A program made the translations under genes and the position numbers. Positions 40,660 through 50,630 of a stretch of 64,000 nucleotides of DNA are shown here, in pieces. Position 1 is the stretch's first letter, and every line of letters begins with the position of its first letter. Under the pieces are notes generated by a model that made no database searches, had not been told where the DNA came from, and saw only the letters and a list, made by a program, of their open reading frames with translations. The stretch is from Chiloscyllium plagiosum (taxonomy: Eukaryota): positions 8,840,014 through 8,904,013 of the forward strand of contig NC_057758.1 of the NCBI RefSeq assembly GCF_004010195.1, given 5' to 3'.

Positions 40660-40871
40660 GGTTAAAGATTGCATGACATCAGGTTATCATCCAACAGGTT
40701 TATTTGAAAGCACTAACGTTCATCACGCTGCTTCTTCATCAGGTTGCTGACCTGCTGATGAAGGAGCAGCGCTCCGAAAGCTACTGCTTCCAAATAAACT
40801 CGTTGCACTGTAACCTTTTGTTGTGTGATTTTTAAATATGTAAATCCCAGTCCAAGATGACAGCTGCAAAT
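40660..40871. mobile_element. Fold-back short PLE-type element (AGCT family) with 9-bp TSD
   Basis: TSD caccctgtc on both sides. Inverted arms caacaggtttatttgaaagcac / gcttccaaataaactcgttg. Paralog at ~55499-55711. Confidence 0.8.
40755..40783 (+). ncRNA. Minimal hammerhead ribozyme core motif
   Basis: CTGATGA-a-GGAGC-agc-GCTCC-GAAA-GCTA. Stem I poorly preserved. Confidence 0.6.
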
Positions 40872-43028
40872 CACCCTGTCGACACCTCTTGTGATTTTGC
40901 AGACCTCAGTCAGGAAAGCCGTCAACCTCTGTCTTTTTAAAGAAAACATCCCCAAACTGCTCAACCTCTGTTCATTTCTAACGCCCTCCAGAGCATGCTG
41001 AACCTCCTCTGCACCCTCTAAAAAGCATCCACATTATTTTGGTAATGTCACGACCAGAAACGTGGTCGAACCAAAGACTTATACAACTGCAATATGACCT
41101 GCAAACACTTTCACTAAATACCCCATCTGATGAATGTAAGCATGTCATATGCCTTCTTGATGATTGTGTCGACCTCCGTTTCTCCCTTAATGGCACATGG
41201 ACGTGAACACACAGATCTCCCTGTACATCAGTATTTCCTTGGACTTCAGCATTTACTGTAGAGTTCGCTCTTGAATTGGATGTTACAAAATGCATCAGCT
41301 CGCATTAATGCGAATTGAACTCCATGTACACCATTTCCAGTCAACATTCTAAAGTATATTCTGCTGCATTCCCTGTCCGTCTCCTTCACTATCTGCTATT
41401 CCACCAATCTTAGTGTTATTTGCAAATTTGCTAATCAGACCACCTATATCTTCCTCCAACTCACTTATATATTTCACAATCAATAGTGGATCCCAGTGTG
41501 GATCCCAGTGGAACACGACTGTTCATAGTTTTCAATTTTATGGAACTCCATTCCCTTACTACCCTCTGTCTCCTGCTAACCAAACCATTCTTAATGCATC
41601 CAGCAAGTATATACTTGACCACATGCATCTTCGTTTTCTGCAACAACCTACCAATGGGAACCTTATAAAACGCCTGATTTGAGTCCATGTATATGACTTT
41701 GCCACTTCATCAAATGATTTTATGAATTTGGTAAGTCATGACCTTTCCTGAACAAACATATGATGCCTATCCCTGATAAGACTACTTTCTTCCAAAAGCA
41801 AACAGACCCTATTCCTCAATACCTTCTCCAGCAACTTCACTAAGTCTGACGCCAGGCTAATCGGTCTATAATTACTTGAATTACCCCTGCTACTCTTCCT
41901 AAACAACTCGGCAGCATTAGCAATTCTGCAGTCCTCTGGCAGCCCACAAGTGTTCAAGGAAATTGTAAAGACATGTGTTAAGCCTCCAACTATTTCCTCT
42001 CTCACTGCCTTCAAGAACCTGGGACAGATCCCATCCGGACTTGGGAACTTGTCCATCTTAATTCCTTTCAGAATTCTGAACATTTCCTCCCTATGTAAGC
42101 TGCCTTCACCGAAAGTAATCATTCGTCTATCCTTAAACTCAATATCTGTTATTTCCCTCTCCTCATTAAATACTGGTGCAAAGTGCTCATTAAGAATTTC
42201 TCCCATTTTCAATAACTCCATGCATACCTTTCCTCCTTTGTTCATCTGTGGGCCGAACTTTTCTTTAGTTGACCTCTTGCTCCTCATAGATGAATAAAAG
42301 ACTTTGGGATTTTCCCTAACATCGGTTGATAATGATATTTCATAAGCACCTTGTAGCCCTCGTAATTCCTCGTTTCAGATTGTTCGTCCTTGCTCAATAT
42401 GTTTCGAAAGCCTTGTTTGTTTTCAGTCGCCGAATCCTTAGGTATGATTTATTTTTCCTCTTGGCTAGACTCACAATTTCACCTGTCATCCATAATTTCG
42501 TAACCCTGTCGTTACTCTCTCTGATTTTCTCAGACAAGTGTCTGCCGTGCACCTTCATAAGTCTAGCTAGAAAAGCTTGCAACATATCAAAAGTGGATTT
42601 ACCTTCAAACTGATGTTCTCAAACCACATTCCCCAGCTCCAGCCTAATTTTCCTACAGTTGGCATTCCCCAATTTTGCACTCTTCTTTGTGGACCACGCT
42701 TGTGTTTGTCGATGACATTTTAAATTTACAGAATGCTGATCACTGTTTTCCAAAGTAACTCCCTACTGAAATATGAGCCACCTTGCCGGGCTCATTCACC
42801 AACACTATGTCGAGTATGGTCCTTTTCGAGTTGACATATTTGCATACCGCTGTAGAAAACTTTTCTGGATGCTTCTTTCAAATTCTGTTTGATCTTGACC
42901 TCTAACATTTAGGGAATCCCGTTCAACAATAGGAAAATTAAAATCTCCAGTCACCATTAACGTCATTCTCCCACATCTTTCTATAATCTGTTTACATATT
43001 TGTACTTCTCTCTCACACTCACTGTTGG

Positions 43029-43072
43029 NNNNNNNNNNNNNNNNNNNNNNNNNNNNNNNNNNNNNNNNNNNN
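43029..43072. other. Assembly gap (44 N)
   Basis: Run of N. Confidence 1.
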
Positions 43073-44049
43073 TCCATCACTGGCAATTTCACATCATGTG
43101 TGTCGGATGATTTCTGTCCCACCATCTTGATAGACGAATTCAAACGCTTCAAAATACTTCTGGGCAAACTTTCCGTCAGGGTATTGATAGTTGTCTCGTT
43201 CCAGTGCAAACTTTCCTCTTGTAATGGTTTGTTGTGTTTCAGAGGAGAATCCAATGATCGAAAAATATGTATCCCCGCCCTCTGCACCGGTTCCTCAGCG
43301 ACAATTCAACTGCCCCACTCTCCTCTTTAAGTCTCATGAGCACTGTCACCAGAGATTACTATGCTAATAGTCCATCTTTTAAAACTCTGCCAGACCTGAT
43401 ACGTTTCTTATTAATTTTGTTGACACCAATATGTCCAACAGATTTTAGAGTGCAAGGTAAACTTCGAAAATTTGCTCAACCACTTTGAGACGGCCTCGAT
43501 CCTGGCGCCATGAGGCACTCATCGTCCTGGAGTCTCGATCACACCGCAGAAGGGCGTGTCTCAGCCCCAGCTAGTGTGTACCATGTCGCAATTGCCCCTT
43601 GGACTTCACCATACACTGCTTTACAGCAGAGCTAGTCATGATGTCAAAGATCTGGATGCTGTTGATATTGCACCCAAATGGATATTTTGCCCCAACAATA
43701 CAAATTATGTACTTGTTTTAGATTTGGAACATGAGTATTCGGTTCTACCTGACAATCGGTCCTCATCGTCACCCATCTACCTGAGTGCACCTGTAGTGTG
43801 ACCAGCTCCAAATTGTGCCTTCTGTTCGTTCCCCAGTGCATCCAAGTGTTCCTCCAAATTATCCATGCAGTCTTTAAGGAAAGGCATTTCATTGATTAAC
43901 CGAATAATCGATTATACAAACGAAACAGTGCTCGCCCATCTCATTCAGATATTTGTGATTCCCCTATACTGAGGTCTACACTAAATACAATTCATGAGAT
44001 TCAGACGTTGTCTTATTCAAACATAAATAAGACAGACAAGACGTTACCG

Positions 44050-44174
44050 GTGAAAGTGAAGACTGCAGATGCTGGAAATTCGAGTCGAGAGTAAAGTGCT
44101 GGAAAAGCACAGCGGATCAGGTAGCATTCGAGGAACAGGAGAGTCGACATTTCGGGCAAATGTCCTTCATTAGG
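44050..44174 (-). mobile_element. Short PLE-derived element truncating GPCR pseudogene
   Basis: Family body. Hammerhead relic ctaatgaaggacatttgcccgaaatgtc; the paralog at 59038-59161 reads ctgatgaaggacatttgtctgaaatgtt. Confidence 0.8.
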
Positions 44175-44742
44175 TTTCTGCGGGATTTCGTGCTTACTAA
44201 AATATGCCTGAAAGTGAAAACGTTCAGCAGTATAATCAGCAGAAATGGAAGACATGGGGTTAGTAAGTTGTGGAGGAACTCCACTATTACACAGACCAGA
44301 GAGAACTGAACATTGTCCAGTACAACACAAAATCATGGAACTTTCATGCGCTGATACTGACTCGTTAATGCAAAGTACCAGAAAATGTTCTTCATGCTGC
44401 TCACCATAGTCACTGTTCCAGGACCACGGCAGCCGTTTTCTCACTATAATATTTACTTCTCAGTTTCTGATAATGTATGGCCACAAATCGATCAAATTTG
44501 AATGTGACCGTGAACTAGACAGATCAGTCAGTTCATGCATAAAGCAGGACAACGTGGATGTTGCATATGGTCAGTTCCAACAGGGAACGAAACGTTACTT
44601 GATAAAAGATCAACAGATGCCTCAAATAAGATCGTGAAAAATGACCAGTAGATTTGAAACTGACGTAACCATAGATAACGTGTGATGCAATTCGAAAGAC
44701 CACATATTCTGCGAGGTGGGATCCTAATTGTGGGAAGGTTAG
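44172..44742 (-). pseudogene. GPR139-like GPCR pseudogene exon, lineage B
   Basis: ANLPTI..RICGLSNCITRYL/..LLVIFHDLI/..ICNIHVVLLYA*TD*SV*FTVTFKFDRFVAIHYQKLRSKYYSEKTAAVVL/..MKNIFWYF..EFLHNLLTPCLPFLLIILLNVFTFRHILVSTKSRRN. Acceptor-like ag|CTAAC. Confidence 0.9.
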
Positions 44743-44751
44743 CTCTGAGGA

Positions 44752-46201
44752 GAAAGTGAGGTCTGCAGATGCTGGAGATCAAAGTTGAAACTTTATTGCT
44801 GGAACAGCACAGCAGGTCAGGCAGCATCCAGGGAACAGGAGATTCGACGTTTCGGGCACAGGCCCTTCTTCAGGAATGAGCAGAGAGTGTTCAGCAGGAG
44901 AAGATAAAAGGTAGGGAGGAGGGACTTGGAGGAGGGGAGTTGGAAATGTGATAGGTGGAAAGAGGTCAAGGTGAGGGTGATAGGTCGGAGTAGGGTGGAG
45001 GCGGAGAGGTCAAGAAGAAGACAGCAGGTCAGGAAGGCGGTGCCGGGCGGGAAGGATCCGGCTGAGACAAGGTGGGGGGAGGGGGGATGAAAAAACTCAT
45101 CACCCCAGGGGACCTCCCATCCACCGCCTCCAACCTCATAGTCCCACAACCCCGAACCGCCCGTTTCTACCTCCTGCCCAAAATCCACAAACCTGACTGC
45201 CCCGGACGACCCATCGTCTCAGCCTGCTCCTGCCCAACCGAACTCATCTCGGCATACCTCGACACGGTCCTGTCCCCATTAGTCCAAGAACCCCCCACCT
45301 ACGTCCGTGACACCACCCACGCCCTCCACCTCCTCCAGGATTCCCGCTTGCAAGTGTTGCACCTCCTGCGGTTGCAAGGGAAGGTGTCGGGAGTGGTGGT
45401 TGGGTCGGTGGGGGGTGTGGATCTGACAAGGGAGTCGCGGAGGGAGTGGTCTCTACGGAAAGCTGATAGGGGTGGGGAGGGAAATATATCCTTGGTGCTG
45501 GGGTCTGTTTGGAGGTGGCGGAAGTGACGGCGGATGATGCGCTGTACATGGAGATTGGTGGGGTGGTAGGTGAGGACCAGTGGGGTTCTGTCCTGGTGGC
45601 GGTTGGAGGGGCGGGGCTCAAGGGCGGAGGAGCGGGAGGTGGAGGAGATGCGGTGGAGGGCACCGTCGACCACGTCGGGGGGTAAATTGCGGTCCTTGAA
45701 GAAGGAGGCCGTCTGTGTTGTGCGTATTTTGAACTGGTCCTCCTGGGAGCAGATGCGGCGGAGACGAAGGAATTGGGAGAATGGGATGGCGTTTTTACAG
45801 GGGGCAGGATGGGAGGAGGTGTAGTCCAGGTAGCTGTGGGAGTCGGTTGGTTTGTAGTAGATGTCCGTGTTGATTCGGTCGCCTGAGGTAGAAACGGAAA
45901 GGTCTAGGAAGGGGAGGGAGGAGTCCGAGGCTGTCCAGGTGAATTTGAGGTCGGGGTGGAAGGTGTTGGTGTAGTGGATGAACTGTTCAACCTCCTCGTG
46001 GGAGCACGAGGTAGCGCCGATACAGTCATCAATGTAGCGAAGGAAAATATGGGGGGTGGGGCCAGTGTAGTTGCGGAAGCTGGATTGTTCCACATACCCT
46101 ACGAAGAGGCAGGCATAGCTGGGGCCCATGCGGGTGCCCATGGCTACTCCTTTTGTTTGGAGAAAGTGGGAGGATTGGAAAGAAAAGTTGTTCAGGGTGA
46201 G
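44752..46201 (-). mobile_element. Young rearranged Penelope-like (Neptune-type) element, 15-bp TSD; copy 1 only
   Basis: ORF 45299-46141 MGTRMGPSYACLF..FLRYIDD..LPFLD..YKPTDSHSYLDYTSSHP..LRRICS. TSD ggttagctctgagga at 44737-44751 and 46202-46216. Empty site at ~59725-59739. Confidence 0.95.
44842..44877 (-). ncRNA. Minimal type-I hammerhead ribozyme motif in PLE terminus
   Basis: Minus strand ATTC-CTGAAGA-a-GGGC-ctgt-GCCC-GAAA-CGTC-GAAT: stem I ATTC/GAAT, stem II GGGC/GCCC, palindromic ACGT, GTC cleavage triplet. Confidence 0.8.
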
Positions 46202-46877
46202 GGTTAGCTCTGAGGAAAGGATATCAGCATGTTAAGAATGCAGACAACTTGATGGTATGATACCATTCCAAATTAAGATTGACTGAATTGTGCTTAGTAT
46301 ACATACAGTGCAAACATATTGATATGGAATAATTGCATTCTAAGAGGTTAGTTGTCTTTCGTGGTATTGTCCAGGGTTCATGACATGGAAAGCGGAAAGA
46401 ACAGAACAAGAACCTTCTGTTCAGAGGATAGCTACACAATCGAAAGTTATACGTGATTTGATGGCCAGAGTTTGAGGTGAAGATCCATGACTCAAGTTGA
46501 TAGTCTGTAGTCATATTTAGCGCAACCAACTCAGCATTTAGATAAGACATAGCGCAATCATTCTACCTCCCTCAAGTGCAGAAGCTTTAATTTCCCTGCA
46601 ACATATTTTGTCGACCAGTATTTTTTGCTAACTCCAAGATCATAGCTTTTTGTCATCCTCATTTATTGCTTCCCTATAGCAATCGTGGCTGACCTGATCA
46701 TTCTCAACATCGGTTTCCCTCCTTTTCCCCATGACACTTCCTTCAAGGACACCAGCCCACGATACAATTAATGACACTGACTTGCCTGTCCTGTGTAGTG
46801 GAAAATTCCACAAAAGTCATGAATTTTGAAGAATTCCACAGTAACCACGGTCTAGGTATGTTGCAAAGAATACGTCC

Positions 46878-47160
46878 CCAACACAGTGCCATTCACTTCC
46901 CCTCTTCCTCTTCATTTACTCCTGACTAATGCAAGTTACCTACACGTCTCTGCACACTATAGGCAAATTATCATTTCCAATTAAACTGAACTGAACAGCT
47001 TTGCATATTGGGAGGAAATCGAAGCAGCCGGCGGAAATCCATGCAGACACGAGAGAAAATGGCACACTCCACAAAGCCAATCACCCGAGACTAGGATCGA
47101 ACCTGGGTCTCTGCTAATGTGAGGCAGCTGTGCTGAGGATTGACCCACTGTGCAGACCCA
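46878..47160 (-). mobile_element. Old HE1/V-SINE, 3' end deleted
   Basis: Degenerate SINE body. The complete paralog is at 62950-63306. Confidence 0.75.
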
Positions 47161-49539
47161 TAATTAGCCTGTTCACTGCTTCCTGCGTTGTTATGAATAA
47201 AACTCATTGCATTCATAAACACTTCTGAACTGCGTTCGTTTCTCATTGGAGAGTGTAATAGAAACACACAGAAATATCAGATGCTCTAAAATCTACCGTA
47301 TTCGGATTAATAGAGGATGTCCATCTGGTCCTGCATTCTCAAAAACAGGAAAAATTACCTCTGCATATTTACACTGTCAAGTCCTCTAAGAATGTTCTAT
47401 GCACCATTAAGGCCTCATTGCGTTCTTCGGAGCTTCAATGAGTACCGGATCAACCATTTTTAAAACTCTCCTTATAAGACAGTAATTCTACACCCGGGAT
47501 CAAATCCGACCCTTCATAATGTCAACAGCAAGTTTTATCTTCAAAGATTGAATAACGTTCAATGCCATTTGCGACTCTTCAGTTGCTGAGGCAGGCCATT
47601 TTCAAATGAAAAATTTCTGGCCAATATCCAAACTTGTATTGTCAAGTGGCAATTAACATGCACACAACGCAAAAGATTGGCTAGGCGATCGCCAACAGTA
47701 GAATATGTAACCACAGCCTCTTGCAATTAAAACGTGTAACAATCACAGAGTCACTCACCGTTAAAATACTTGGGATTACCAATGACCAGCAAATGAGGTG
47801 GACTTGCCATATAAGGACAGTGTCAAATGGAGGCGAAAAATAGTGTAACAAGCAACTAACCTCCTAACTCATAAATCTCTACAGCGCGGAGTCAGGCTCT
47901 TTGGCTCAATGTGGCCCATACTGGCCAAAATGTTCAGTTACACTGACTCCCTTTCCCTGCACCTGATGCATATCCTTCCAATTGTTACCTATTTGGACAC
48001 TTGTCCAAATATCTTCTAAATGGTGTTAATGCGCACATCGCAGATATTTCCACTGGCAGCCTTCCTATAAACGAGTTGGACCTCAGGTTCCCTTCATTCT
48101 TTCCCCTGTACCATTACACTGATGCCCACTAGTCCTCGATTCCTCGAACCTGGGGAAAAAACAACTGACGGTGTTCACCCTATCCATGCATCTCACGTTT
48201 CGCACTCTTCACTGAGATCCCACCTCAGTCTCCTGTTCTCTAAAGAAAATAATCCCGACTTGCCTAGCACTCCACTACCTTTTCAAGTTTGCACCCACGG
48301 ATGAGCGATAAATGCTTGCCATCGTGCAATGCCCAAAACCCATGAATGACGTGAAGCTGTAATCTACCCTTCTTGACAATGTATTTCATTTTCCCCCTTA
48401 CAAATCACCCCTCCCTCGGGGGAATACTTGTTTCCCTCGGATTCCCTCTCATCCTCCGTCTATCAAGTTGAAATTTATACTGCCTTGTTATTGAACATTC
48501 GACTAAGGAGAGTACATGCTTGCAATCCACACTGCCCATGTTCATCATAATCTTGTTGCAGTCAAATTTCAAGATGATTCACTCAGCATCCAAAGTTTCA
48601 TTTTCAGCTTCGACAATTGCATTTAAACTGGTTAGAGAAACCTTGTGAAAATCAACACAACACTTCACCAAACAAAGGAAAACATGTATTTTATGTGACT
48701 CTGTCAGACAGTCTTCAGCATTTACACACCGACCAAATTGAAAATTAATTCCATTCATTTCTAAATTAAGCTCAGCTGATGACTGTACAACAAGGCATGG
48801 ACAGGCTTATGAGCAACTCCCAGTCATTGATGGCTTCATCATGTTTGACAGACCCTTTCATTTTCCTTCTTGAGGGTTTTTATAAAGCAGTCTGGATTCA
48901 AGGGTAATTCTTCTTGTTCCTAGGATGCTGCCTGAGCTATTGTGCTTTTGCAGCGCCACTCTATTCTGGAGTCTGGTTCCCAGCATCTGCACTTCTCACT
49001 TTTAACAGTTTATTCATAGATATTTGCCAGCTGCAATCTATTCAACGTTTATCAGTTAGACATTTATCTGTCACTTACGCACCTTATAAAATTCATTACC
49101 CATGTCAAAATACAACGTAAATTGAGTTTACCTTATTGTTGCAATATCAGTACCAAGAAAGTTATGAGGTTAGCCACAATATTAGAATTCTTCAGTTGAC
49201 GAAATCTGAGCAGGTTTTTTTTTCCTTTATCATATTCAGTGGACACCCTTATCGTTATCCCGAGGTGTCTTAAGATCTGTTCATTTTTCGTGCACTCCTA
49301 TGCCTGCCAGTCTCTGTACCGATGTCTCAGTTCTATCTGCCATGATAGTAGCGCAGTTTATTTTAATGGCTGAGACTGGTGTGTTCTGAATTTTATTTTT
49401 GGGATCTCTTCTCTAATGCTTTTAGCGATATTTTTCGGACATAACTGTATGTGTAACTACTTCAGATTCACTATCTACCACTGTCATAAGTGTAGGTATG
49501 TTCGCAAAACGGAAAGTTGATTTGCACACGTCTTTTTCC

Positions 49540-50630
49540 CCAGTACTTAGGAGCCTTCCACAAAGTGCTACTTTACTGTGTCTTCAGAAATGTATTTGGT
49601 TCCGTTTCTTTGCTTCCGGTTGCTGGTTGAAGTACTTCATTGTCATTGCCGGTTTATTGGGTTTGGGACTATGTGTTTGCTGATGTAGTCCGTGGAAGAA
49701 TACCATTCTTCTATGAATTCCCTGGCTGTCCCCTGTGTAGCTTGTCATATTATAATTATGTTGTCCCACTCGTAATTTTGTTCCTGTCATCTGTGTGCGT
49801 GGCTACTCGGAATTGCTGGACGTGGCATATATTAGCGAGTTTTTGTTCATGACGGTGGACTGTTAGCCGTCAGCCAGTTGTCCTCTACATTGTTGCGTGC
49901 AGCTTTTCCATGGAATCTTGTAAATTGTATTTCTCTTGCACATGATGGGTATACATCATTTTGTTCGCATGAGTCTTTGTCTGAATGCGCTTCTCGGTTT
50001 GTGGGCGTCATGAATCCCAGTGCTCAGAGAAGTTTGTGAAAGGCTAAATATGTAAAACATCTCAGACGTGTTCGTGGAATCGTGGCATGTCCTCTTCATG
50101 TTGCTTGCTTGTTGGGTATCTGCAGATGAAATTGCCGGGATATCTGTTCTTGGCAAAAAGTCTGTAGAGGTGTTCTTGATCTTCCCTTTGTACGTCGGGA
50201 GTTCTGCTATGTGTCGTAGGTCTTTTGACCAGGGTCCTATTGAAGTGCCTCTTGTGTGTGTTCCGTTCGTTGTTTTGGTCATTCATTGATGATTGTGGCT
50301 TTCCTGTACACGTTTGCATTGCTATCAACGTTTCGTAATGCTTCTGCGATCATATCTAATAGGACGTTATTGTTTCTTCCCCCTTTCTCGTAAATCTAAA
50401 CCCTATGAGCATGGTGTCAAGAATTCAGCGTGTGCTCTCGATTTCTGTTCTCATTATGATAGAAGCGTCGTCCACGTATCTGATCGTGTATGAGTTTCTG
50501 CTCCTGTCATTGCAATACTGTTTCTGTTATTAACCCAGAGATAATTGAACCTATAGATGCTCCAGAGATCTGTTCATGTGTTTGGTTTTTGAATGTGTCG
50601 TCAAGCATAGGTCTAGTACTTTGAGTATGC
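49540..50630 (-). mobile_element. Decayed Poseidon-type PLE fragment (RT core to GIY-YIG)
   Basis: EQISGASIGSIISGLITETVLQ, RYVDD (agatacgtggacgac), HKRHFNRTLVKR, LYRLFAKNRYPGNFI. Confidence 0.75.

Larger units (their letters stand above)
40310..43880 (-). mobile_element. Near full-length decayed CR1 LINE (ORF1 esterase-type relic, APE endonuclease, RT, 3' end)
   Basis: LEEHLDALG and GARIEAVS (ORF1); VTGDFNFP (endonuclease); DKFPSPDGICPRFLK..NYRPISL (RT, ORF 41736-42287); VPLGSTLG. Confidence 0.85.
38721..47853 (+). repeat. Copy 1 of direct segmental duplication
   Basis: Colinear with 53562-64000. Start aatattcat.tatgatctcacctatctgctgtgg; end aggacagtgtcaaatggaggcg..gtgtaacaagc. Confidence 0.96.

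Noticed and set aside
46224..46550. ORF upstream of GPCR exon as possible first exon
   Set aside because: No TM1-like YYP..A..GVP motif or clear donor site, and the paralog is truncated by a stop.
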